From Deltaproteobacteria bacterium (GTDB lineage Bacteria > Desulfobacterota_D > UBA1144 > Nemesobacterales > Nemesobacteraceae), in contig JAJCZR010000065.1 of the NCBI GenBank assembly GCA_029262295.1, positions 857 to 64,856 on the forward strand: a stretch of DNA of 64,000 bases, given 5' to 3'. Made by a program: the position numbers and the translations under genes. Positions 1 to 9,357 of the stretch are shown piece after piece. How positions within the stretch are numbered: position 1 is the stretch's first letter; every line of letters starts with the position of its first letter. The notes below the pieces were generated by a model that did not search any database, was not told the origin of the DNA, and saw only the letters and a list, made by a program, of their open reading frames with translations.

Positions 1-186
1 TATCTCGTCCGATTTAAGCCTGTGCATTTTCGAGTTTTCTCCACTCTTTAGTAGATAGTAAATAGCTGTTGATAAACTTCTATCACCATCAACTTTTTCC
101 TCACTTCTATAAGTCTCCTTATAATAACCTCCCTCATCAGGAAGCCTTTGAAGCCCCATTCTCTGTATTAAATGATCTGCGTCCAT
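1..186 (-). CDS. Cupin_5/DUF985 family protein, 5' part (runs off the window start)
   Basis: Manual translation from ATG 186 (GGAGAG RBS upstream): MDADHLIQRMGLQRLPDEGGYYKETYRSEE...STAIYYLLKSGENSKMHRLKSDEI. The EGGYY-ETYRS and TAIYYLL...HRL-SDE motifs are typical of DUF985. Not in the ORF track. Confidence 0.85.
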   Translation of the reverse strand, partial: MDADHLIQRMGLQRLPDEGGYYKETYRSEEKVDGDRSLSTAIYYLLKSGENSKMHRLKSDEI

Positions 187-339
187 AATTACTCTCCAAA
201 TTTTATTATATAAGTTTCAATTAAGTTACATTAGATTTTTAATAATGTAACTTGGCTTTGAGTTTCAACTATTAATTGAAGCTGCAATTTACAATATATT
301 AATAATGTTATAATAATGAATAAAAAAATGGAGGAAAAA

Positions 340-753
340 ATGTCAGAACAGGAAAACCCGAACCAGGGTCAAGCACCAAATGAAGATGAAAACTTCATGA
401 ACTCGATAAATATGGCTTTCAACATGGGAGTATCAGCAAATCAGACCTATAAACACACAAAAAGTGTTGTGGAAGTTGGAGCTGAGATGGGAGAACAAAT
501 CTATCAAAACCTCACTCAGGCTTACGGCGCGGATGTTGATGAAAACTTTTTAAGGGCCAATACAGAATATTTTCTTCAAATAGCACTCATGGGATTCGTA
601 GTACCAACAATCTGCACATTCGAACCTGATTTTAAAGACAGGCTATTAAATCTGATCTTTACCAAGACAAAACAGGATCAGGAAAAAAGAGCCGCTTCAG
701 GAGATGAAGGCGGAAGTAGTGGAAGCGGTGGCGGAGGCAGAATAATCACATAA
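340..753 (+). CDS. hypothetical protein with Gly/Ser-rich C-terminal tail
   Basis: ORF 316..753; GGAGG at 330-334 favours ATG 340. Abuts the nitrilase with a 1-bp gap. Confidence 0.7.
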   Translation: MSEQENPNQGQAPNEDENFMNSINMAFNMGVSANQTYKHTKSVVEVGAEMGEQIYQNLTQAYGADVDENFLRANTEYFLQIALMGFVVPTICTFEPDFKDRLLNLIFTKTKQDQEKRAASGDEGGSSGSGGGGRIIT

Positions 754-754
754 T

Positions 755-1882
755 ATGGGAAAAGTGCTCGGTGGAAAAGACAGGGTAAAAGTGGCAGTAG
801 CACAGGCAAGTCCGGTTTTTTTGGATAAAGATAAAACTATAGAAAAAGCCTGCAAACTCATTGAAGAAGCAGGAAATAATGGTGCTGAGCTCCTTGCATT
901 CCCAGAAGCATTTATCCCCGGTTATCCGGCATATTATACAGTTGGCTATGAAACCAACCCGCACGAGTGGACTGATTATATGATTGCACTTCAGGAAAAT
1001 GCACTTTCAATACCAAGTGAAGATACCGACATTCTTTGCCATGCAGCAAGAGAAGCTGATATTCACGTGGTGGTCGGATGCAGTGAACTTGACGACAGAA
1101 AGGGAAGCTCAAGTATTTTCAATTCGCTCCTTTTTATTTCACGTGAAGGAAAGATTCTAGGGAAACATAGAAAACTGATGCCCACTTACACTGAAAGATT
1201 ATATTGGGCGCAGGGTGATGGAAGTGATCTTGAAGTTTATGAAACAGATATAGGAAGAATCGGAGGGCTTATCTGCTGGGAAAACCATATGGTTCTTGTC
1301 AGGGCACAAATGGTATACAGCGGACAGGATTTTCATATTGCAGTATGGCCTGGCAACTGGAAGAGAGGGAATGAGAAACTATTGGACTCAGACACAAGCC
1401 CGCTTGGAGCATCTTGCAATCTTCAATCACTAATAAGAGTGCATGCTTTTGAATCAGGCTCTTTTGTTCTTAGTGCATGTGGATATCTTGATTCAGAAGA
1501 TTTCCCGGAAAGGTGGCACTACATAAGAGATAATGATCATATTAACTATGATTGGGCGAGAGGTGGAAGTGCAATTGTAAACCCTGCAGGAAGATACCTT
1601 TTTGAACCCATATTTGAAAAAGATGCAATTCTTTATGCCGACTGTTATGCAAACCAGATAAAAGCTGTAAAAGCTGTGTTTGATTCTTTAGGACATTATT
1701 CGAGGTTTGATGTTGCAAAATTAGTTTACAACAAGGAAAGACTTGACCCCGTGATTAAAAACAGGCCGAAAGTTGATATAAAAATCAAAACAGAAGATAT
1801 AAATAGAATTTCTGATGAGCATGAGATATCAAAAGAAAGTCTTGAACTGATAGTAGAAGAGCTAAAACAACTTATAAACTGA
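755..1882 (+). CDS. nitrilase (carbon-nitrogen hydrolase family)
   Basis: Glu-Lys-Cys triad motifs FPEAFIPGYP, HRKLMPT and LICWEN; C-terminal FDSLGHYSR. Confidence 0.9.
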   Translation: MGKVLGGKDRVKVAVAQASPVFLDKDKTIEKACKLIEEAGNNGAELLAFPEAFIPGYPAYYTVGYETNPHEWTDYMIALQENALSIPSEDTDILCHAAREADIHVVVGCSELDDRKGSSSIFNSLLFISREGKILGKHRKLMPTYTERLYWAQGDGSDLEVYETDIGRIGGLICWENHMVLVRAQMVYSGQDFHIAVWPGNWKRGNEKLLDSDTSPLGASCNLQSLIRVHAFESGSFVLSACGYLDSEDFPERWHYIRDNDHINYDWARGGSAIVNPAGRYLFEPIFEKDAILYADCYANQIKAVKAVFDSLGHYSRFDVAKLVYNKERLDPVIKNRPKVDIKIKTEDINRISDEHEISKESLELIVEELKQLIN

Positions 1883-1896
1883 TGTCCATTACTTAA

Positions 1897-3186
1897 ATGA
1901 AAAACAAACTCATAAAGGGAAGCCCATCCGTATTTAAAGGTGAGATTACTCCTCCGGGTGATAAATCTATCTCTCACAGGGCAATAATGATCGGCTCACT
2001 TGCAGAAGGCAAAACAAAAGTAAGCGGTTTTTTAAATGGTGGAGATACTCTTTGCACAGTTGATGCTTTTAGAAAACTTGGAATTGATATCAAAGTTTCT
2101 AATACAAATGTAGTAATTGAAGGCAAAGGTCTTCATGGATTAGGAGAACCAAATGAGATAATAGATGCTGGTAACTCTGGAACCACTACAAGACTTATTA
2201 CAGGACTTTTAGCCGCCCAAAATTTCAATTCCGAGATTACAGGCGACAAATATCTTCAAAAGCGTCCAATGGCTAGAATAGTCGAACCTCTAACCAAAAT
2301 GGGAGCTGATATAACTGGAAGGGATAACAATAACCTCCTGCCACTTAAAATTAGAGGCAGAAAACTCAAAGGAATAAAGTATGAAGTGCCTGTTGCAAGC
2401 GCACAGGTTAAATCATGCCTTATTCTTGCCGGTCTTTTTGCGGATGGTGTAACAGAAATTATTGAGCCACAGAAAACCAGGGACCATACGGAAAGAATGC
2501 TTGCTCACTTTGGAGCTAATCTCGATATAAATGGAAACAATATAAAAGTACAAAATCCCGATCAGTTTCAATCGAGTGAACTTATTGTACCTTCGGATAT
2601 ATCATCGGCAGCTTTTTTTATAGTTGCCGCTCTTATAAACCCTGGGTCAGAGTTGCTAATAAGAAATGTAGGTCTTAATCCTGAACGCACTGGAGTTTTA
2701 GACATTCTTAAATTAATGGGAGCAAACATATTAATTGAAAATGAAAGGATTGATTGTGGCGAACCGGTTGGGGATATAGTTGCAAAATACTCTGACCTTA
2801 AAGGAATAGAAATAAAAGGAAAACTAATACCAAAAGCTATAGATGAACTTCCCATAGTTTCGGTAGCCGCTTGTTTTGCAGAAGGAAAGACAGTTATAAG
2901 CGAAGCAAAAGAGTTAAGAGTTAAGGAAACTGATCGCATAAAAGCTATGGTTACAGAACTAAAAAAGCTTGGAGCTGATATTGAAGAGCTTCCTGACGGA
3001 ATGATTGTTAACGGTTCAGAAAAATTAAAAGGTGCAAAATGTTCAAGCTGGGGCGATCACAGAATTGCAATGTCTATTGCAGTTGCTGCAACACGGGCAA
3101 AGGGAGAAACAGCCATAGAAGATTCAGGATGTGTTGCAATTTCATTTCCTGAGTTTTTTGATTTGCTGGAGAGGCTTAGAACATAG
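1897..3186 (+). CDS. aroA: 3-phosphoshikimate 1-carboxyvinyltransferase (EPSP synthase)
   Basis: PGDKSISHR, GNSGTT, SAQVKS, ELRVKETDR, GDHRIAM. Confidence 0.97.
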   Translation: MKNKLIKGSPSVFKGEITPPGDKSISHRAIMIGSLAEGKTKVSGFLNGGDTLCTVDAFRKLGIDIKVSNTNVVIEGKGLHGLGEPNEIIDAGNSGTTTRLITGLLAAQNFNSEITGDKYLQKRPMARIVEPLTKMGADITGRDNNNLLPLKIRGRKLKGIKYEVPVASAQVKSCLILAGLFADGVTEIIEPQKTRDHTERMLAHFGANLDINGNNIKVQNPDQFQSSELIVPSDISSAAFFIVAALINPGSELLIRNVGLNPERTGVLDILKLMGANILIENERIDCGEPVGDIVAKYSDLKGIEIKGKLIPKAIDELPIVSVAACFAEGKTVISEAKELRVKETDRIKAMVTELKKLGADIEELPDGMIVNGSEKLKGAKCSSWGDHRIAMSIAVAATRAKGETAIEDSGCVAISFPEFFDLLERLRT

Positions 3187-3202
3187 TTAAATTCATTGTT
3201 GT

Positions 3203-3230
3203 CGTCATTCTGAACTTGTTTCAGCATCTA
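3203..3230 (+). repeat. YGTC-tagged REP-like hairpin repeat
   Basis: CGTC-ATTCTGAA-CTTGT-TTCAGCAT-CTA; near-identical to 51335-51361. Confidence 0.85.
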
Positions 3231-3403
3231 TAAAAAATTACAGCTAAAAAACTCTAAATAGCTTTTCTGTGAATTAAAATTCTAATTCATTTTTAGCTAA
3301 ATTTTTGCAAGGCCATTGAGAATAAAATATATATTGTAACACTCCTGCTTAAAGAACTTTAAACTCTTTTCTAATACCAGCAATCAAGTAACTTTTTCCA
3401 AAC

Positions 3404-4069
3404 ATGAGTGAAAAGAAAATTATTATCACAATTGATGGCCCTTCAGGAGTTGGAAAAGGAACTATTGCAAAAAAAGTTGCAGAAAAACTTGGATTTTCTT
3501 ATCTTGACACTGGGGCAATGTATAGGGCAGTTGCACTCAAAATCTCAAACTTAAACATCAATTTTGATTCTGAGAAAGAACTTCAATCAATTTTAGATTC
3601 CACAGAAATTAGTTTTTCGGAAGATAAAATTTTTCTTGAGTCTGAAGATATTTCTAAAAAGATTAGAACTGAGGATATCTCAAAGCTTGCGTCAACACTT
3701 GCTACAAAAAAGATAGTTAGAGAGTTTCTCGTTAATTTACAAAGAAAAATTGGAGAAAGCGGAAATATAGTTGTTGAAGGAAGAGATATGGGAACATATG
3801 TGTTTCCCGGTGCTGATTTCAAATTTTATTTGGATGCCAATCTTCACGAAAGAGCCAAAAGACGCTACCTTCAACTCAAAGATAATGATAAAAGTATTGA
3901 TCTAGAGACAGTTAAAAAAGACATTGAAAAAAGGGATACTCAGGATTCAGAGAGAAAAGAATCTCCCTTGCATCCTGCTTTGAATGCTGTCATAATAGAT
4001 ACATCTGACATGGGTAAGTCAGAAGTCGTAAAAGAAATCCTTCTACGTATCGGAGGCTCCTTTAAGTAG
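3404..4069 (+). CDS. cmk: cytidylate kinase
   Basis: IDGPSGVGKGT, LDTGAMYR, EGRDMGT; lies between aroA and rpsA. Confidence 0.96.
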   Translation: MSEKKIIITIDGPSGVGKGTIAKKVAEKLGFSYLDTGAMYRAVALKISNLNINFDSEKELQSILDSTEISFSEDKIFLESEDISKKIRTEDISKLASTLATKKIVREFLVNLQRKIGESGNIVVEGRDMGTYVFPGADFKFYLDANLHERAKRRYLQLKDNDKSIDLETVKKDIEKRDTQDSERKESPLHPALNAVIIDTSDMGKSEVVKEILLRIGGSFK

Positions 4070-4188
4070 TGTTACGGAATATTATTTTAAGTATTAATAC
4101 TTTTAACCTATTCTTTTAGAATCTGATTCTTTAGATAGTCTCCTTGAATATTTACCTAAAATTTAAAATGGAAAAGGCATAAAACGTT

Positions 4189-5973
4189 ATGAGTGAAAAT
4201 AGTGATTTTACAAGTTCAGTTAAAAGAGAAGAAACTGCGGATAATACTGCACAAAACTCAACTGAAGAAAATTTACCACAGAAGGAAACTTCTGGTGAAA
4301 AAAGCTTCGAGGAGCTTTTGGACGAAAGTTTAAACGAGCAGGCAAGTGAAGTTGAAAAAAGCCAGCTTGTTACTGGGACAGTAATAAGGATAGAAGAAGA
4401 ATATGTTTTTATTGATCTTGGATATAAATCTGAAGGAATAATCCCAGTTATTGAATTTCACAACAAAGAAGGAGAACCAGATGTTGAGATTGGTTCTGAA
4501 GTTGAAGTGCTTGTTGAAAAAACAGGTTCAGCTCTGCCAAAAGTTTCAAAACAAAAAGCCGATTTTTTCAAAGAAAAACAAATAATAAAAGATAAATTTG
4601 ATAGTGGCGAGCTGATTGATGCAAGAATTCTAACAAGGGTAAAAGGCGGGCTCACCTGTGATATTGGAATCAAAACAAACTTTAAAGCCTTTCTGCCTGG
4701 CTCACAAATTGATGTAAGACCCGTATCAAATTTTGATGAGTATGTAGGACAAACTCTTAGGGTAAAAATAATTCAGCACGACGACAACGGAATAGTTGTT
4801 TCAAGAAGGGCGCATCTTGAAAAAGAAAGAGAAGCAATGAAAAAAGAAACTCTTTCTAAACTCGAACAAAATGATCTTATTTCAGGAGATGTTGTAAAAA
4901 TAATAGATAGAGGAGCTTTTGTTGATATTGGAGGGCTTGAAGGTTTTATTCCATTGTCTGAAGTATCCTGGGGAAGAATAAGAAACCCCGGGGAAATTAT
5001 TAAAGAAGGCGAAGAAGTGCAAGTACAGGTATTAAAAATTGAAAATGGAAGAGTTACACTCGGCCACAAACAAACGCTTCCAGATCCTTGGGATAATATC
5101 GAACAGAAATATCAAGTCGGCTCAAATGTAAATGGAAAAGCTGTATCAACTACAGATTTTGGAATATTTGTGGAACTTGAACCTGGAATTGAAGGGCTTG
5201 TGCATATAAGTGAGCTTTCCTGGACTAAAAATTTCAGGCACCCAAAAGAGATAGTAAGCACTGGAACTGAAATAGAAGTTAAAGTGCTTGATATTAATGC
5301 TAAAGACAAAAGAATATCTCTCAGTCTTAAACAGATAGAAAAAAGCCCATGGGAAACATTTAAAGAAAACAACAAGCCGGGCACTAAAATGGAAGGAACA
5401 ATAAAAAATGTAAACGAGATTGGAATATTTGTTGAAGTTGCAGAAGATCTGGTCGGGCTTATAAGACCTGAGAATATTTCCTGGCAGGGCAATGTAAAAC
5501 CAACCGATGTATACAACCCATCACAAGTTGGGGAAAAGATTGAAGTAGCTGTTCTCAATGTTGCACCAAAAAGTGAGAGGATTGCACTTGGCATTAAGCA
5601 GCTTGCATCAGATCCCTGGGCAGATACACTCAAAAAATATAAATCAAATCAAACTGTTGTTACTGCTAAAATCTCAGAAATTCAGGATCGCGGCATTGTT
5701 GTTGATCTTGGAGATGAAATTAAAGGTTATTATCAGGCAAGGGATTTATCCGATGATCCTGGAAATGATGCCCTTAAATCATACAAGGTTGGAGATGAGG
5801 TCACGGGTGTTGTTACCGGTTTTGATAAATCAAAACGCCAGGTAAACCTGAGCAAAAAAAGGCATGAACAAAAACAAGAAAAAACAAGTCTAAATGAGTT
5901 TGTTTCCTCTCAAGGAGAATCAGGGTTTAAACTTGGGAATCTTCTCAGTGAAAAACTAAAAACCCTGGATTAA
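4189..5973 (+). CDS. rpsA: 30S ribosomal protein S1
   Basis: Six S1 repeats (AFLPGSQID, FGIFVELEPGIEGLVHISELSW); cmk-rpsA synteny. Confidence 0.96.
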   Translation: MSENSDFTSSVKREETADNTAQNSTEENLPQKETSGEKSFEELLDESLNEQASEVEKSQLVTGTVIRIEEEYVFIDLGYKSEGIIPVIEFHNKEGEPDVEIGSEVEVLVEKTGSALPKVSKQKADFFKEKQIIKDKFDSGELIDARILTRVKGGLTCDIGIKTNFKAFLPGSQIDVRPVSNFDEYVGQTLRVKIIQHDDNGIVVSRRAHLEKEREAMKKETLSKLEQNDLISGDVVKIIDRGAFVDIGGLEGFIPLSEVSWGRIRNPGEIIKEGEEVQVQVLKIENGRVTLGHKQTLPDPWDNIEQKYQVGSNVNGKAVSTTDFGIFVELEPGIEGLVHISELSWTKNFRHPKEIVSTGTEIEVKVLDINAKDKRISLSLKQIEKSPWETFKENNKPGTKMEGTIKNVNEIGIFVEVAEDLVGLIRPENISWQGNVKPTDVYNPSQVGEKIEVAVLNVAPKSERIALGIKQLASDPWADTLKKYKSNQTVVTAKISEIQDRGIVVDLGDEIKGYYQARDLSDDPGNDALKSYKVGDEVTGVVTGFDKSKRQVNLSKKRHEQKQEKTSLNEFVSSQGESGFKLGNLLSEKLKTLD

Positions 5974-5990
5974 TTATCGGAGCAATTTTA

Positions 5991-6875
5991 TTGAGACTCT
6001 TTTTTAAATCCATCCTTACCATTTTTATCTTATTAATAATTTTGATAGTGGGAATCGCTATTGGTGCTTTCTTCTCAGGAAATAAAAACTTTTCAGGAAA
6101 AGACAAAATTGCCGTAATTAATGTAAATAGCGTAATAACCCAGTCAAAAGATTATCTCGATAGTATAAAAAAAATAAGGGATAACGATAAAATAAAAGGT
6201 GTACTTGTAAGGATAAACTCGCCTGGTGGTGCAGTTGGGCCTTCACAGGAAATATTCAGTGAACTGGAAGCCCTTAGCAAAGAAATGCCCGTTGTGGCAA
6301 GTATGGGAAATGTGGCAGCTTCAGGTGGATACTATATTGCTTGTGCAGCAGACACTATTTATGCAAATCCAGGCACAATCACAGGAAGCATTGGGGTAAT
6401 TGCACAATTTGCCAACTATAAAGACCTTTTGGAGTGGGCAAAAGTGGATGTGGAAGTTATTAAAAGTGGAAAACTGAAAGACATAGGGTCCCCTTTTAAA
6501 GAAATGTCTTCGGAAGACAAGGCCTACATACAATCTTTAATTGAAAATGTGCATTCTCAGTTTAAAGAAGTGGTTTCCAAAAAAAGAAAAATTAAAGATG
6601 AAAAACTTTCAACTCTTACGGATGGAAGAATATTCACAGGGCAGCAAGCAAAGGAGCTGAACCTTATTGATGAACTGGGCAACTACAACGTGGCATTAAA
6701 TAAGGCAGCTGAGCTTGCAGGAATTGAAAAAGACCCAGAGGTAATTGAATTTCCTAAAGCAAGGTCTCCCTTATATGATCTTCTTTTATCAAGAAGTAGT
6801 ACTACGGCAAAGCTGCTCGGTAATCCCGTTAAAACAAACTTTGGGCTTTTTTATATAGCAAACATTGGCTACTAG
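5991..6875 (+). CDS. sppA: signal peptide peptidase SppA, 36K type
   Basis: N-terminal TM segment, INSPGG, AASGGYY, TGSIGV, DGRIFTG. Confidence 0.93.
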   Translation: MRLFFKSILTIFILLIILIVGIAIGAFFSGNKNFSGKDKIAVINVNSVITQSKDYLDSIKKIRDNDKIKGVLVRINSPGGAVGPSQEIFSELEALSKEMPVVASMGNVAASGGYYIACAADTIYANPGTITGSIGVIAQFANYKDLLEWAKVDVEVIKSGKLKDIGSPFKEMSSEDKAYIQSLIENVHSQFKEVVSKKRKIKDEKLSTLTDGRIFTGQQAKELNLIDELGNYNVALNKAAELAGIEKDPEVIEFPKARSPLYDLLLSRSSTTAKLLGNPVKTNFGLFYIANIGY

Positions 6876-6964
6876 AATATAGCTCTTATTAACTTAATTA
6901 TTGGATTCTATAAAATTAAATTGGTATTATAAATTATAGTTAAAAAATAAGTGAGAGGTGGAAA

Positions 6965-7330
6965 ATGAGGTTTTTGAGAATACTTTTTGTACTAATATTC
7001 ATAATTTTTATTTGTGTTCTATATATTCAAAACCAGGAAATAGTAAATCACGTTTTTAAGTTTAAGCTGGATCTTTTATTTACAGAGTATGGCCCGATAG
7101 GGGTTTACAATGTCGGGATTATAGCAGTTTCATTTGTACTTGGTGTAATACTCTCAGCACTTTTTGGGGCTTTTAGTTCAGGTGGGAAAGGATCTGTGGT
7201 AAAGAGGCAGAACAAAACAATTAAAGATCTTGAGAATGAGATTATCCATCTTGAGAATAAAGTAAGGGATATTGAAAATCAAAGCTCCACTTCTGAAAGC
7301 AGTACATTTTCAGTGCCTGGATCTTCATAA
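6965..7330 (+). CDS. LapA-domain (DUF1049) small membrane protein
   Basis: Two TM segments with a ...IQNQE motif, followed by a coiled coil; downstream of rpsA-sppA. Confidence 0.6.
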   Translation: MRFLRILFVLIFIIFICVLYIQNQEIVNHVFKFKLDLLFTEYGPIGVYNVGIIAVSFVLGVILSALFGAFSSGGKGSVVKRQNKTIKDLENEIIHLENKVRDIENQSSTSESSTFSVPGSS

Positions 7331-7346
7331 GAAGAAGTAAAGCATA

Positions 7347-8270
7347 ATGCAAAACAGAAGAAAGCCTTCTTGGATAAAGGCTAAAATACCTGGCGGTCCC
7401 AACTACAATCAACTCAAGGGATTAGTTAAAGAATTAAAACTGAATACTGTATGTGAAGAGGCTAAGTGTCCTAACATTGGGGAATGCTGGGGTGCAGGAA
7501 CACTTACCTTTATGATCCTTGGAGACACTTGCACAAGAAGCTGCGGCTTTTGTCATGTAAAAACCGGAAAAGGTGGAGAGCTTGATTGGGATGAACCTAA
7601 AAGAGTTGCAGAAGCTGTTGGAAAATTAAAAAACAACAATGCCTATATCACTCACTTAGTAATAACTTCGGTTAACAGGGACGATAAAAATTATGAAAGT
7701 GCCTGTATATTCGCCGAGACTGTAGAAAAAGTAAGGGAAGCAAACCCAGACATCAAAATTGAAGTATTAATTCCCGACTTTAAAGGTGAGAATAAAGCTA
7801 TTGAAAAGATAATAAAGTCAAAACCCGACGTGCTTAACCATAATATTGAAACAGTACCCAGGCTTTATAATCACCCTCAAATATCCGAATCGGGAAAAAC
7901 AAGGTACGTTAGGCCACAGGCAATCTATGAAAGATCACTTGATCTTCTCCTAAAATGCAAAGAAGAAGGTCACTCAGATATGTTAACCAAGTCTGGAATT
8001 ATGATTGGACTAAGTGAATCTTATGACGAAATACTCGTAACCTTGTGCGATCTAAATGATGCAAAGTGTGATATTGTTACAATTGGTCAGTATCTTCAAC
8101 CCACAATAGATCATATTCCTGTATCAAAATTTTATCATCCTACAGAGTTTGAATCACTTAAGAGTTATGGTGAAAGAATAATTGGCCTTCCCCATATTGA
8201 ATCAGGGCCTCTCGTAAGAAGCTCTTACCATGCTGAGAAACAAGTCTTAAAACTAGCGGAGAACTTTTAG
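7347..8270 (+). CDS. lipA: lipoyl synthase
   Basis: CEEAKCPNIGEC, CTRSCGFC, RSSYHA. Confidence 0.96.
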   Translation: MQNRRKPSWIKAKIPGGPNYNQLKGLVKELKLNTVCEEAKCPNIGECWGAGTLTFMILGDTCTRSCGFCHVKTGKGGELDWDEPKRVAEAVGKLKNNNAYITHLVITSVNRDDKNYESACIFAETVEKVREANPDIKIEVLIPDFKGENKAIEKIIKSKPDVLNHNIETVPRLYNHPQISESGKTRYVRPQAIYERSLDLLLKCKEEGHSDMLTKSGIMIGLSESYDEILVTLCDLNDAKCDIVTIGQYLQPTIDHIPVSKFYHPTEFESLKSYGERIIGLPHIESGPLVRSSYHAEKQVLKLAENF

Positions 8271-8272
8271 AT

Positions 8273-8650
8273 ATGTCTGAAAAAGAAGCAAAAAATGTAC
8301 TTGATGGAACTCTTGAAGATTGCAGTCTTGATCCAATAACAGGATTTTTCAGAGACGGCTGCTGCAGAACCAATGAACAGGATATTGGCCGCCATATTGT
8401 TTGTGCTGAAATGACTGAGGAGTTTCTCGAATTTTCTAAAGAAAAAGGAAATGATCTTTCCACTCCAAGGCCTGAGTTTCACTTTCCAGGGCTTAAACCA
8501 GGTGATAGATGGTGCGTCTGTGCCCTTAGATGGAAAGAGGCTTACGATGCAGGAGTAGCCCCTCCTATTTGTTTATTGTCCACAGATAAGTCCGCACTTG
8601 AAGTCCTTTCACTTGAAGAACTTAAAAAACACGCAATAGATCTTTTGTAG
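8273..8650 (+). CDS. DUF2237 family protein
   Basis: CSLDPITGFFRDGCC, GNDLSTPRPE, GLKPGDRWCVCA. Confidence 0.9.
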   Translation: MSEKEAKNVLDGTLEDCSLDPITGFFRDGCCRTNEQDIGRHIVCAEMTEEFLEFSKEKGNDLSTPRPEFHFPGLKPGDRWCVCALRWKEAYDAGVAPPICLLSTDKSALEVLSLEELKKHAIDLL

Positions 8651-8672
8651 ACGAATCTATACTTAAATTTTA

Positions 8673-8701
8673 CTTGACAACTTGTCAAGAAACTTTATTT
8701 T
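8673..8701 (+). promoter_or_regulatory. TA operator palindrome overlapping the -35 of a probable leaderless promoter
   Basis: Perfect CTTGACAA-C-TTGTCAAG (8673-8689) contains TTGACA; TATTTT at 8696-8701; ATG 8708 has no SD. Confidence 0.65.
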
Positions 8702-8707
8702 ATATGT

Positions 8708-8944
8708 ATGATTACAAAAACAGTTGGAGAATTTAAAGCAAAGTTTTCCGAAGTAATAAAAGAAATAAAAAAAGGCAATGAGATTTTAATTTCTTATGGA
8801 AAGAAGAAAGAAAAGCTTGCTGTTTTAGTCCCGTTTGACAAATACAAACAAAAAAAAAGACAAATTGGGATTTTGGATGGAAAAGCATTTGCTGAATTTT
8901 CAGAGGATTTTAAAATGACTGATGAAGAATTCCTCAATAGCTAA
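8708..8944 (+). CDS. Phd/YefM family antitoxin
   Basis: N-terminal VGEFKAKFSEVI...GNEILISYG; C-terminal GILDGK...DFKMTDEEF; upstream of a PIN toxin. Confidence 0.88.
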   Translation: MITKTVGEFKAKFSEVIKEIKKGNEILISYGKKKEKLAVLVPFDKYKQKKRQIGILDGKAFAEFSEDFKMTDEEFLNS

Positions 8945-8949
8945 ATACA

Positions 8950-9351
8950 TTGAATATAATTATAGACACTCATATTTTGGTTTGGTCAATACTTGAATCA
9001 CATAAACTCAAAAAGAGCGAAATTGAACTTTTATTGGATCAAAGAAATAATATTTTTGTAAGTATTGTTTCTCTTTGGGAAATATCCCTAAAATACTCAA
9101 TTGGAAAATTAAAACTAACCAATATAAAGCCTGATGAAATACCTGATTTAACAAAAAAAATTGGATTTATGTTACTAAATCTCAGGGTAGAAGAAGCTAC
9201 TGAATTTTACAAAATGGAAAATGAAAAAGTATTAGATCCTTTTGATAAGATGTTAATGTTTCAAGCAATAAAGAACGATTTTAAATTTTTTACTAAAGAT
9301 AATGAAATAAAAAAGCATCCCCCTGAAAGTCTTAAAATACTAGAGCTATAA
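8950..9351 (+). CDS. VapC/PIN-domain toxin
   Basis: IIDTHILVW, SIVSLWEI, DPFDKML. Confidence 0.88.
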   Translation: MNIIIDTHILVWSILESHKLKKSEIELLLDQRNNIFVSIVSLWEISLKYSIGKLKLTNIKPDEIPDLTKKIGFMLLNLRVEEATEFYKMENEKVLDPFDKMLMFQAIKNDFKFFTKDNEIKKHPPESLKILEL

Positions 9352-9357
9352 ATCTAT

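Noticed and set aside
3242-3298. AT-rich palindromes between aroA and cmk (TGAATTA...TAATTCA; AGCTAAAAA...TTTTTAGCT)
   Set aside because: Expected by chance at this AT content; no second copy or recognisable consensus.
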